This document shows, one piece after another, positions 40,358 through 51,026 of a DNA stretch of 64,000 nucleotides. Positions within the stretch are counted from its first letter, which is position 1. Each line of letters opens with the position of its first letter. Below the pieces are notes generated by a model that saw only the letters and a list, made by a program, of their open reading frames with translations, was not told where the DNA came from and made no database searches. The DNA is from an uncultured bacterium (GTDB taxonomy: Bacteria > Verrucomicrobiota > Verrucomicrobiia > Limisphaerales > UBA8199): positions 96,001-160,000 of the forward strand of contig CAVVMW010000001.1 in NCBI GenBank assembly GCA_963749495.1. Direction: 5' to 3'. The translations under genes and the position numbers were made by a program.

Positions 40358-41854
40358 TCAGGCCTCGTTGATGAGTTCGATGCCTTTGAAGCGGCAGAGG
40401 CGCTTGAGGTCGGGCACTACGTCGCCGTAGCAGGTGACCCGGTGCAGACCGTGGGACCAGTTCTGCCAGAGCTTCTCGATGCTCCCATCCAGCTTCACGG
40501 TCATCTTGGTGCGGCAACCGCGTTCCGTGTCGGGCGATTCGATGACCTGGCCGGTGAAGTAGAGGAGCTTGTTGGCGCCGACGAGGATGGCCTGGGTGAC
40601 CCTCTGGCCGACGCGCATTTGCACCTGGGGCACGCACCCTTCCTGCCGCTCCATGATCGTGCGCAGTTTGAAGGGTTGCCGGGGGCCCTCGGGTCCGTCC
40701 ATGCGGGTCGAGCCCAGGCAGTGTGCCAGGATGATGGCCTGCTTGGATTCGTCCACCGTCGGGTCGCTGATGAAGCCGGGCCGCCCGGTCAGGCACTGGT
40801 AGATGAGGAAGGTCATGCCGGCGGCCAGGTCCGATTCGCAGATCCCCGCCAGGCCCATGTCGTTGAGCCGCACGAAGCCCAGGCACGGGAAGGCCGGGAG
40901 TTGGCGGTACATAGTGCCGTAGCAGTCCACGGTCAGGGCGGTGGCGTTCTCCTCGGTCATGACTTTCTCGAAGGCCAGTGCCAGCCGGCAGGAGTTAAGG
41001 ACCTCGGAGCGCGGCGGTTCCACGACCTTGGTTGCCTGCCGCACCCAGCGCCGCGTTTCCTCTTCGGCGGCCTTGGCGTCGATCGAATCGTAGGCGGCGA
41101 GCACGCGGCGCAGCTCGATGGTTTTGATCTCGGTCCCGAATCGCTCGGCGACGGCCTGGGTGAACTGTGCGGAGACGGCGCGGGTGGTGAGATTGAGCAG
41201 CCTGGCCTGGCGGAGGTGGTGGATGGCCCGGAAGGGGCGCACTGCGGCAGCCAACTGGTTGAGGTCGCTGGTGAGCATGCACTCGAGGTTCTCGCCGCCG
41301 GGTTGGCTGCGGAGCGCGCCAAGCCCGCTCCACTCATGGCCGGAATATGGGGCGGCAAAGAGGACCGTCGGCTTCTTGACCGCCAGAATCTCGCGCAGCA
41401 TTTCTCCAATGCCCATGGAGATGTGAATGAGCAGAATGCCGTCCGCCTCCTGGAGTTTGCTTCGGACTGCCTTGATGTCCTGCAGGCTTTCTGCAGCCTG
41501 GTTGACGACGAATTCGATGTCGCCAAACTCCTTGCTCATCCCGGCGAACGCCGCTTCGTAGCGTTTTACTTCCGCGTCGAAATCCATGATCGGTGTGGGC
41601 CAATGGGCCTTGGGCACGCCGAGATAGAGCTTGGCCACTTTGACTTTGGAGCGCCGGCACCCGGGGCTGATCAGGGTTGTGGCGCCCGATGGGCCTGCCA
41701 GCGCACAGAGACCGCCGGCCTGGAGACAACAGGCGCAGCCCCCGGCCAGGGCCAATGACTGGCGGAGGAAGGTTCGCCGATCCAGCGGGCGAAATCCCGT
41801 GACAGAGGGTGGATTGGAGGGCCATGAAAACGGAGAGAAGGAGTGAGTTTTCAT
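40358..41854 (-). CDS. Tat-exported L-fucose/L-arabinose isomerase-like protein
   Basis: DRRTFL signal; FPCLGFVRLND...CESDL, GFISDP, LAHC, GCRTK, HRVTCYGD. Confidence 0.75.
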   Translation of the reverse strand: MKTHSFSPFSWPSNPPSVTGFRPLDRRTFLRQSLALAGGCACCLQAGGLCALAGPSGATTLISPGCRRSKVKVAKLYLGVPKAHWPTPIMDFDAEVKRYEAAFAGMSKEFGDIEFVVNQAAESLQDIKAVRSKLQEADGILLIHISMGIGEMLREILAVKKPTVLFAAPYSGHEWSGLGALRSQPGGENLECMLTSDLNQLAAAVRPFRAIHHLRQARLLNLTTRAVSAQFTQAVAERFGTEIKTIELRRVLAAYDSIDAKAAEEETRRWVRQATKVVEPPRSEVLNSCRLALAFEKVMTEENATALTVDCYGTMYRQLPAFPCLGFVRLNDMGLAGICESDLAAGMTFLIYQCLTGRPGFISDPTVDESKQAIILAHCLGSTRMDGPEGPRQPFKLRTIMERQEGCVPQVQMRVGQRVTQAILVGANKLLYFTGQVIESPDTERGCRTKMTVKLDGSIEKLWQNWSHGLHRVTCYGDVVPDLKRLCRFKGIELINEA

Positions 41855-42011
41855 GGCGGCATTTAGCGCACAACGCAAGCCGATTGCAAGAGGCAAATAT
41901 TCCGGATCTGCTTGTGGGTCTCAACGCGCAGGATAGCCAGCCAGGCACTCCAGCCGTCCCCTGCCGCCCGGTAGTTTTTGGGATCACAACTCTTTTCGGG
42001 TGAACTCTGGC

Positions 42012-44522
42012 TTAATGCCCGGCGTTCTTCACGTGCGTTTCCAGCCAGGCGTCTTCCTCCCAGAGCAGGTGCAGGATGTTCTCCCTGGCCTGATAACCAT
42101 GGCTTTCGAAGGGCAGCAGCACCAGCCTTGTGTTTCCGCCCAAGCCCTTCACGGCCTGGAACAGACGCTCACTTTGCAGCGTAAAGGTCCCCGGGTTGTT
42201 GTCGGCTTCCCCGTGGATCAGCAGCAACCAGGCCTTGATCTTGTCGGCATAGTTAAAGGGGGACATCCTCAGGTAAACCGGCTGGGCTTCCCAATACGTC
42301 CGTTCCTCGCTCTGGAAACCGAAGGGCGTCAGGCTCCGATTGTAGGCCCCGCTGCGGGCGATGCCGGCCGCGAACAGATCGGAATGCGCCAGCAGGTTGG
42401 CAACCATGAAAGCCCCGTAGGAGTGGCCCATCACCGCGGCCCGTTTAGGATCGACAACCCCCATCTCGTCAACGGCTTTGATCGCGGCGCGAGCGTCGGC
42501 GACCAACTGTTCAATATAGGTGTCGTTTGGCTCCTCCTTGCCCTGGCCGACGATAGGGAACTGGGCGCCCTCCAGCACTGCGTAACCGCGCACCGCCCAG
42601 AACACGGGCGAGCCCCAGTAGAGATACACGAATCGGTGCGGCGAGCTGTTCACCATTCCAGCCGCCTTGGCGTCTTTGAATTCGGTCGGGTAGGCCTCCA
42701 TTAACAGGGGCAACCGTCCGTCACGGCCTGGTTCATAGCCCTTGGGCAGGTAGAGGTCGGCGGAAAGATCCACGCCGTCCTCCCGGCGGTAGTGGATCTT
42801 CCTCTTGGTCACGCCCTCGAAGGATCGGAACGGGTTGGGGAAGGCGGTTATCGGGCGCGGCGCAGCCTGGGTGGTGAGGTCTCGGATGTGGATGTTGGGA
42901 TATTGACTCGGGCCCTGCACAATCGTCAAAAGTCTCTTCTTCTCCGCGTCCAGGACGCGCAAGATGCTCTCGTAGGTCGAAACACCATCCGCTCGCCACA
43001 GACGTGTGGTCTTCCCAGTGGCAAGGTCGAATTCATCAAGAAAGGGCCGGTTACCTTCCGGCGAGTAGCCTTCGCCCGCCAGGAGGAGGCCCCGGTGGTC
43101 TTTGCTGAACAGGAGCGTCTCGCGTCCCCAAGCATTCGGGGCGGTTACAAAGCCGCCCGGAAGGTGGTAGAGATCCTCGGAGGAGTAATCGAACACGGCC
43201 TTCGGAGCATGGGTTTGGGCGTTCGGATCCACTTGGTACATCTTGATGTTGCGGTTCTTCCACCAGAAATCAGACACCATGGCGAGTCCCGCATCGCCCC
43301 AAACAACCCCGGCGAACCGGTTCGTGGTCGCACAAAGCAGACGCGGAGGCGCGGCAAACGGCGCCTCCAACTGATAAACGTGATCGCGGACGGCCGCGTC
43401 TTTGGCAGGGTCACCACCGTCCTGCGCCTCGGCAAAGACGATGGTGGCGGGGACATCTTCCCGCCAACCGAAATCACGGCGTCCAGGTTCCACCGCATCG
43501 TTGTTGATTGGGATCGAGTCAAGCAATGGCTTCTTCACCAACTCGACCGCCATTTTGCCGTTGCGGTCCGTGACATAGGCCCGATAAGGAAAGCGGCTGT
43601 AGGGGAACAGGTAGGAGTACGGCCGGTCAATTTCTTCGACCAACAGCCAATTGCCGTCAGGTGAGAGTCGTATTCCCTTGAGGATGCCCGGCCGCAGCAC
43701 GACTTCAGAGCTGCCATCGAGCCTGAAGCGACGCACCTCAGCGCGGGCAACGTGATCGAACCGGGCTTCATCGGAGCTATTCTTCAACAGGTCCTGATAA
43801 GTGCGGCCAGGCGCCTTTCGGCCGGTGGATTCCTGGACGATTGGACCCGAAGGCAGTTCAGTTGATTCGGGCACGGCACCCAGGTTCACCCGCACCCGGC
43901 AGTAAAGGCTCGTCTTGTCGGGGGCCCAAATATAAGGGAACCCCATCGACGCCGACAGGGTGCCCGGCGTTACCCGGGTGGCCCTGCCCGTGCTCAGCTC
44001 GACCACCCACAGTGCCAGGCCTTCGGACTGTGCCTCGACCAACGCCAGGCACTTGCCTTTGGGTGAAAACTCGACGTACTCGATGTGGATCGGGTCGGGC
44101 AGGCCGGTTACCGCCACCGGGCGCCCGGTGGCAAGGTCCTGGATGGCCAGGCCGAGGCTGTAAAACGGCCGGGCGGAATCATGGTTTTTCGGGTTGATGC
44201 GCAGACCGGCCAGCCGCAGTTCGGTCTGGGCAAGTTCCCCGAGCGACTTGAAGGTCGGTTGCTTGAGCATCACCAGGAACTGGTTGGCCGGATCGACCCT
44301 GGTTTGCGGCGGCAGCTCCACATCTGCCAGCTCGAGGATTTCCTTGGGCGGTTTCTGATAGGCAACCTCCGTAGGCGCTTGCCCGCCGGCTGGCCCCGGT
44401 CCCAGAACTAACACCACCAGCGCAGTCCATCTTGCTGACACCTTGAGTGCGTGCGCCGCAAGACACAATGCCTTGGTTGACGTGAAGTACAATCGCCGGC
44501 AATTCCTGTCGATTTTCATCAT
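42012..44522 (-). CDS. S9 family (prolyl oligopeptidase-like) serine peptidase; start uncertain
   Basis: GHSYGAFM nucleophile motif, IHGEADNN, ESHGY; N-terminal propeller. Confidence 0.92.
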   Translation of the reverse strand: MMKIDRNCRRLYFTSTKALCLAAHALKVSARWTALVVLVLGPGPAGGQAPTEVAYQKPPKEILELADVELPPQTRVDPANQFLVMLKQPTFKSLGELAQTELRLAGLRINPKNHDSARPFYSLGLAIQDLATGRPVAVTGLPDPIHIEYVEFSPKGKCLALVEAQSEGLALWVVELSTGRATRVTPGTLSASMGFPYIWAPDKTSLYCRVRVNLGAVPESTELPSGPIVQESTGRKAPGRTYQDLLKNSSDEARFDHVARAEVRRFRLDGSSEVVLRPGILKGIRLSPDGNWLLVEEIDRPYSYLFPYSRFPYRAYVTDRNGKMAVELVKKPLLDSIPINNDAVEPGRRDFGWREDVPATIVFAEAQDGGDPAKDAAVRDHVYQLEAPFAAPPRLLCATTNRFAGVVWGDAGLAMVSDFWWKNRNIKMYQVDPNAQTHAPKAVFDYSSEDLYHLPGGFVTAPNAWGRETLLFSKDHRGLLLAGEGYSPEGNRPFLDEFDLATGKTTRLWRADGVSTYESILRVLDAEKKRLLTIVQGPSQYPNIHIRDLTTQAAPRPITAFPNPFRSFEGVTKRKIHYRREDGVDLSADLYLPKGYEPGRDGRLPLLMEAYPTEFKDAKAAGMVNSSPHRFVYLYWGSPVFWAVRGYAVLEGAQFPIVGQGKEEPNDTYIEQLVADARAAIKAVDEMGVVDPKRAAVMGHSYGAFMVANLLAHSDLFAAGIARSGAYNRSLTPFGFQSEERTYWEAQPVYLRMSPFNYADKIKAWLLLIHGEADNNPGTFTLQSERLFQAVKGLGGNTRLVLLPFESHGYQARENILHLLWEEDAWLETHVKNAGH

Positions 44523-44626
44523 TCCGAGGTGAATGTGCGCCAATGCTAACACAGGAGGATGACAGGGTCAAACGCCGCACATGACCAGGCCTCGACTCAT
44601 CATGGACCGGAAGGGTGTCGCCTGCC

Positions 44627-44924
44627 GCGAAGCGTTTTGGACTGCGCCAGTCCTCTGGCGCTTTTCCGACTCCCGGGTCCAAAAAGCGGCAGAGGACTGC
44701 CGCAGCCCAAAACCTTCGGCCTTGTTGACGGTTCATGGAGAGCCCCCTTTGGCTTCTGCCAATGCATTGGGACCATGAACCGGTCAGGGGCCCCGAGGCT
44801 GCGAAGCGTTTTGGACTGCGGCAGTCCTCTGCCGCTTTCGCGTTCCCAGAACCAGGGACTCAAAAGCGGCAGAGGACTGCCGCAGTCCAAAACCTCGCGG
44901 GCCTCCTCACGGGTTCATGGAGAG
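44627..44924. repeat. GTTTTGGACTGC...GCAGTCCAAAAC palindromic repeats, two units; short copy at 4529-4566
   Basis: GCGAAGCGTTTTGGACTGCG..AAAAGCGGCAGAGGACTGCCGCAGTCCAAAAC. Confidence 0.8.
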
Positions 44925-45017
44925 CGGTCTGCCCGCCGTGTCGCTCCCGTGTTGACTGAGGCCTCGCCTTGAGCGGTTTTTCCTTGCTCCAGCGAAGTCA
45001 AGTCACTAGGTTGAGCC

Positions 45018-48000
45018 ATGTTTGGCTCCAGAAGCGCGGGTCTGCTCCTTGTGTGTGCGGCGTTACTCCGGCTCGGCCTGACGCCCGGCCAGGCCCGGGC
45101 GGCGCAGAGCCAATCCCTGGCGGGGCATCGTCCGGCGGCGGCGGTCGGGGTCCAGGCGGTGGGCCGGTTGCCAGGACAGTCGCGTCTGAGGCTGGGGATC
45201 GGGCTGCCGCTGCGCAACCAGGCGGAGTTGGCGGACCTGCTGGAGCGGCTTTATGACCCGGCCAGCTCGAGCTACCGGCAATGGCTGAGCGTCGGGCAAT
45301 TCACGGAGCGGTTCGGGCCCGCCGAGGCGGACTGCCGGGCGGTCATGGCGTTTCTGGAGGCGCACGGTCTGAGGATTACCGCCACGCTGCCCAGCCGGAT
45401 GATTATCAATGCGGAGGGGGCGGTGGCGGACATCGAGCGGGCCTTCCAAGTGGGGCTGCGGCTTTACCAGCACCCATCGGAGGGGCGCCTGTTCTACGCG
45501 CCGGACAGCGAACCGACGCTGGAGTTGGCGACGCCCGTGCTGCACATCAGCGGGCTGGACAACTTCATGGTGCCGCGCCCGGCAGGGCTGAGGACGCCGC
45601 GGCCGGAGGGGCCGGGAGGGGCCGTGCCGTGCAGCGGTTCAGGGCCCAGCGGCTCTTACTGGGGCAAGGACTTCCGGGCGGCTTACGCGCCCAACGTCGC
45701 GCTCACCGGGACCGGCCAATTCGTCGCGTTGCTCGAGATGGACGGCTATTACAGCTCGGACATCAGCACTTACGCCACCCGGGCGGGCCTGGGCAAGGCG
45801 CCTCCGCTGGTCAATGTGCTGCTGGATGATTTCTCGGGCGCCCCCGGCGACGGCAACGGTGAAGTGGCGCTGGACATCGAGATGGCCATGTCGATGGCCC
45901 CGGGCCTCTCCGGGATCATCGTCTATGAAGGCAACGCGACCCAAGGCACCGCGGTCGACAACATCTTGGGCCGAATGGCCGGGGACAACCTGGCCAAGCA
46001 ACTCAGCGGGTCCTGGATGTTTGCGGTCGACGCGACGACGTCGCAGATATTCCAGCAGTTCGCGGCGCAAGGCCAATCTTACTTCAATGCCTCGGGCGAT
46101 GGCGGGGCTTATGTCGGCCCCGTCTCGTCCCCGTCGGACAACCCGTACATTACGGTCGTGGGGGGGACGACCCTGTCGACCACCGGGCCGATGGGGAGTT
46201 GGCTCTCCGAGACGGCCTGGAATTGGTTCACGAGCGGACTCGGCACGGCTGCCAGTGCCGGCGGGGTCAGCACGCTCTGGCCCATCCAAAGCTGGCAGAA
46301 GGGCCTCGACATGACCCTCAACCGCGGCTCGACCTCGAAACGCAACCTGCCTGACGTGGCCATGGTGGCTGACAACGTCACAGTGATTTCGGACAATGGC
46401 AAACAGGTCGCTGTCGGCGGCACCAGCATCGCCACGCCGTTATGGGCGGGGTTCATTGCCTTGGTGAACCAGCAGGCCGCCGCCACGCAACAGCCCTCCG
46501 TGGGATTCATCAACCCGGCCATCTATGCCCTGGGCAAAGCCAGTTCATACACCTCGTGTTTCCACGACATCAAGACGGGCAATAATACGAACCTGGACAG
46601 CCCCGATCTCTATTATGCAGTGCCGGGCTATGACTTGGTTACCGGTTGGGGCTCACCGTCCGGCAAGAACCTGATCAACCACCTGGCGCCGCTGCCGCAA
46701 GGGCCGCTCATCGCCCTGGCCGGCTCCTCGCTTGTTTCCGAGAGCTTTGTCCCGGCCAATGGCGCCATCGACCCGGGCGAGACGGTGCTGGTGAACGTCT
46801 CCTTGCAGAGTATCGGGGCGGCCGCCACCACCAACCTGGTGGCTACCCTCATGGCCGACACCAACGTATTGGCCCCCAGCGACCCCCAGGTCTATGGCGC
46901 CCTGGCGGGCGGCGGGACGACCGCCACGCGGGCCTTCACGTTCACCGCCAACGGCCCCTGCGGCGGCTCCATCAGTCCCGTCATTCAACTCCAGGACGGC
47001 CCGGCCGACTTGGGCGCCGTCGTGTTGAGCTTCCGGCTTGGCGCCCCGCTTAACGCCCTGCACGAGAACTTTGATGGCGTTGCGGCTCCAGCCCTGCCGC
47101 AAGGCTGGACCACCGCCGTGTCCGGCGCCGCCTCCAACTGGGTCACTTCCAACGCCCTCCGCGACACCGCCCCGAATGCCGCCTCGGTCCACTCCGCCGT
47201 CTTGCCCGGAATCAGCGAATTGCTCTCGCCGGTCATTCCCATTGCCACCGCCTCAGCCCAGTTGAGCTTTCGCAACTTCTACAATATGGAGAGCGCCACC
47301 GACACAATCCTGGCCTATGACGGCGGTGTGCTGGAGATCAGCCTTGGCGGCGGCCCCTTCGCCGACATCCTCGACGCGGAGGGCAGCTTCGTCGCCGGCG
47401 GCTACACACGCACGATTGACTCCACGGATGACAATCCGCTGGGCGGGCGTCGAGTCTGGAGCGGGGTTTCCGGCACATTCATCACTACCACGGTGAATCT
47501 GCCCGCCGCGGCGGCCGGCCAGAGCATCCAGTTGAAATGGCGCCTGGGGATGGACACCGGCAACTATCTTGGGCAGTCCACCTGGTGCATTGATACCGTG
47601 ACCGTCCAGGACGGCTATGCCTGCTCCGGGCCCGCCTCCCCCGCGAACCTGGCCCTGGCGCAAACCTCGTTCCCCAATCCCGCCACCGTCGGGCAGCCGC
47701 TCCAGTACCTGCTTTCGATCACCAACGCCGGTTCCGTTCCCGCGCTCGATGCCAGCCTCACCGATACCCTTCCCGACGGCGTGACTTTCGTGAGCGCCTC
47801 CCCGGGCTGCACCGTCCAGGGCGGCGCCGTCGTTTGCGGCCTCGGCCTGTTGCCCAGCGGCTCCAATGCCAGCCTCACTATCAGCGTCTTGCCCACCGCC
47901 GCCGGCTCGCTCACAAACACCGTTGTCCTCTCCTCGGGCCCCTCGGACACCAACCTCGTGAGCCAGACCAACCTCCTGGTGGTTTCCGCGCTGGGCCCGC

Positions 48001-48224
48001 CCACCCTCTCCCTGGCTCCATTGGCCTTGGGCTCGGCCAGTGTGCCCATCCTCTTCAACAGCGTCACCGGCCTGACCTACACCCTCGAATACAAGGACTC
48101 TCTCCTGGATGCGCAATGGACCCCCCTGCTCCCCGCAGTGCCCGGCACCGGCGGCCTGCTCCTGCTCCAGGATACCAACGCCCCGCTCCAGCCCTCGCGA
48201 TTCTATCGCGTGAGTTGCCAGTGA
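45018..48224 (+). CDS. S53 (sedolisin/kumamolisin-like) peptidase with prodomain, DUF11-like domain and C-terminal RFYR domain
   Basis: LYDPASSSYRQWLS prodomain; EVALDIE, ASGDGG, GGTSIATPLWAG, GYDLVTGWGSP. Confidence 0.92.
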   Translation: MFGSRSAGLLLVCAALLRLGLTPGQARAAQSQSLAGHRPAAAVGVQAVGRLPGQSRLRLGIGLPLRNQAELADLLERLYDPASSSYRQWLSVGQFTERFGPAEADCRAVMAFLEAHGLRITATLPSRMIINAEGAVADIERAFQVGLRLYQHPSEGRLFYAPDSEPTLELATPVLHISGLDNFMVPRPAGLRTPRPEGPGGAVPCSGSGPSGSYWGKDFRAAYAPNVALTGTGQFVALLEMDGYYSSDISTYATRAGLGKAPPLVNVLLDDFSGAPGDGNGEVALDIEMAMSMAPGLSGIIVYEGNATQGTAVDNILGRMAGDNLAKQLSGSWMFAVDATTSQIFQQFAAQGQSYFNASGDGGAYVGPVSSPSDNPYITVVGGTTLSTTGPMGSWLSETAWNWFTSGLGTAASAGGVSTLWPIQSWQKGLDMTLNRGSTSKRNLPDVAMVADNVTVISDNGKQVAVGGTSIATPLWAGFIALVNQQAAATQQPSVGFINPAIYALGKASSYTSCFHDIKTGNNTNLDSPDLYYAVPGYDLVTGWGSPSGKNLINHLAPLPQGPLIALAGSSLVSESFVPANGAIDPGETVLVNVSLQSIGAAATTNLVATLMADTNVLAPSDPQVYGALAGGGTTATRAFTFTANGPCGGSISPVIQLQDGPADLGAVVLSFRLGAPLNALHENFDGVAAPALPQGWTTAVSGAASNWVTSNALRDTAPNAASVHSAVLPGISELLSPVIPIATASAQLSFRNFYNMESATDTILAYDGGVLEISLGGGPFADILDAEGSFVAGGYTRTIDSTDDNPLGGRRVWSGVSGTFITTTVNLPAAAAGQSIQLKWRLGMDTGNYLGQSTWCIDTVTVQDGYACSGPASPANLALAQTSFPNPATVGQPLQYLLSITNAGSVPALDASLTDTLPDGVTFVSASPGCTVQGGAVVCGLGLLPSGSNASLTISVLPTAAGSLTNTVVLSSGPSDTNLVSQTNLLVVSALGPPTLSLAPLALGSASVPILFNSVTGLTYTLEYKDSLLDAQWTPLLPAVPGTGGLLLLQDTNAPLQPSRFYRVSCQ

Positions 48225-48324
48225 TTGGACCTCGGTTCAATGGCTTGCATCCCGGCGCGGTTTTTGTTTCAATGGTTGTGCGGGGGAAGAGCGCCTGCCT
48301 CTTCCCCGGGCTTTTTATTGCAGA

Positions 48325-50801
48325 ATGAACAACACAGCTTTTTTGGCGGGCCTGGCGAGTTGCCTGGCGAGTGCTGCCCTGGGGCAGACCCAACTCATTG
48401 TCAACGGCGGATTCGAATCGCAGAACGGAGGCGAGTGGGTGATCTCCGGCCTGGGCGCGGGCATTCGCGACAGCACCACCGCGGCACACAGCGGCATGGG
48501 TTACCTGGCCTTCAGCGGGGCGGGGGGCGGGAGCGCCCAGGCCGCCTATCAGACCATCACGGTCCCCACCAACACAGTGGCCGCGGAGCTCAGTTATTAC
48601 TACAACGTTTATTCCCCCACCCTCAACTCAGGGGATTCGTTCATGGCAGCCGTCGTGTACCCCGACACTCAAGCGGTGGCCGCGCAGGTTGATTCAGAGA
48701 CCGGCGCCAACTCCTCGGGGGGCCAGGGCCCCGCTTATTACCTTCTCAAGACCTTCGATCTCACCCCCTGGGCCGGCCAGACTATCGAGATCGGGTTTGC
48801 CGCTACGTTTTCGAGCGGGGGAACCGTCTTCAACATTGATGACGTGAGCGTTTTGGTGGAGACCACGGCCGACATCCCCCCCAATGACTACTTCACCAAC
48901 CGCATCGCGTTGGCCGGCACCTCGACCAACGTCCAGGCCAACAACACCTTCGCCACCAAAGAGCCTGGCGAGCCCAACCACGCCGGCAATCCCGGCGGCC
49001 AGTCGCTCTGGTGGAGCTGGACAGCCACGGCCAACGGCATCCTCCGCCTCAACACCACCGGCACTTCCTTCCCCGACCTCCTGGCCGTCTATACCGGCGA
49101 TTCCGTCACCAACCTCACGCGGGTCGCCTCCAATGCCGCCGACATCCCGAGCGGCACCCTGGCTCAACTCCAGTGCAAGGTCAGTGCCGGCACCCAATAC
49201 CAGATCGCGGTGGATGGCTACACCGGCTACTACGGCATCGTGGAACTGGCCCTCTCTTTCTCGGCGGACACACAGCCGCCCACCGTCTCCATCTCCTACC
49301 CCGCTCCCAACGCCAAACTGACCAACTCGACGGTCGTCGTTCAGGGTACCGCCAGCGACAATATCGCCGTCGCGGCGGTCGAATACCGGCTGGAGAACGC
49401 GGCCGGCACCAATGACTACCAGACCGCCACGGGCACCAATCGTTGGTCCGCTACCATCCCCAATCTGGCGCCCGGCCTGAATACTGTCCGCGTCTTCGCC
49501 ATCGATACCAGCAGCAACCTTTCCGGCACGGTCGCTCGCACATTCACCTATGCCGTCGTCGAGCCCCTTGTCGTGACGGTCCAGGGCAGCGGCACTCTCA
49601 CCCCTAAATACAACGGGGCCGACCTCGTGCTGGGCCAGGCCTATACTATCACTGCCGCACCGGCCAGCGGCTGCATCTTCGTCAACTGGACCGATAACAC
49701 CGGCCGCGTCCTGGCCACCACCCTCAAGCTCTCGTTCACCATGACGACCGGCCTCCAACTGCAGGCCAACTTCATCCCCAATCCCTTCATCCCCCTCAAG
49801 GGGACCTACGCCGGGCTGTTTGCCGACACCAACGGCTTTGCCTCGGCCAACGCCGGCTCGTTCTCCGCCACGCTCACCACCCAGGGCGGCCTCACGGCCC
49901 AACTCCTGCTGGCCGGGGCCACTTACCGGCTCTCCGGCTCGCTCTCGGCCTCCGGCGCCTATTCCAACACCATCGCCGGGCCGGCCCATGCCTCGCTCAA
50001 GGTCCAACTCCAATTGGACCTTCAGGGCGGCGGTCAAGGCCTCACGGGCACCGTCGCCGGCCCCGCCTGGAGTGCGGACCTGGCGGCCTGCCGCGCGCCG
50101 TACTCTCAGGCCAACCCCGCCCCGGAAGCGGGCAGGAAATACACCCTGGTGATGCCGGGGGCGGCCGAGCCTTCAGCCGGGCCGGGCGGCTACGGCTTTG
50201 GGACGCTGAGCGTGACCCCTGTCGGCAATGTCAGCCTGAGCCTCACCTTGGGCGATGGGACCAAGCTGACCCAGAACAGCGTGGTCGTGAATCAGGGCCA
50301 GTCCCCGGACCAATGGCCGCTTTATCTTGCGCCTTACTCGGGCAAGGGGCTGGTCACGGGCTGGCTGAGCTTCGTGACCAACAACCTCGAGCAGGACGTG
50401 GTGGGCCAGTTGCGCTGGGTCAAGCAGCCCGGTGCGGCCGGCAAGCTCTATCCTAATGGCTTTGTGTTCGCCAATGGCGTGGAAATCCTCGAGTCGCTCT
50501 ATGCCTACACCAATGGCAAGCCGGTCCTGAGCTGGAGCCAGGGAGTGCTCGAACTGGCCGGGGGCAATTTGTCCTCGGGCCTGACCAATCCGGTGACGCT
50601 CGGGGCAAACAACAAGCTGAGCGGGACCAACAAACTGAGCCTGACTCTGACGACCGCCACGGGTCTGTTCCAAGGCACCGTGCCTGTGCCGGGGCTCGAG
50701 ACCCTGTTTCGGTCAGCGGCGTGCTGCTCCAGGGCCGCAACGCCGGGTTCGGCCTCTTCCTGGGTCCCACCCAGAGCGGCAGCGTCTGGCTGGGGCCGTA
50801 A
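48325..50801 (+). CDS. Large secreted multi-beta-domain protein; frameshift near 50700
   Basis: Signal peptide; PPNDYFTNR...ATKEPGEPNHAG...WWSWTA; Ig-like DTQPPTVSI. The shifted frame gives the plausible end SGVLLQGRNAGFGLFLGPTQSGSVWLGP* at 50801. Confidence 0.75.
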
Positions 50802-51026
50802 TCAGTCCACAGTCCAGAGTCCATCCACCCTCCGTAGCAGAGCTACTGCGGAGGACGGGCAGTCCACAGTCAGCCCATCCAGAGCGGCACCGTCTGGCTG
50901 GGGCCGCAATAGGCAAGGCGGCAGGAAACCACGGAATACAGGAATACACGGAAAACATCAGTTCCCCTCTTCGTTTCCTTCGTTTCCTTTGTTTCCTTCT
51001 GTTTCTTTCCGGGCTAGTGTCGCTCG

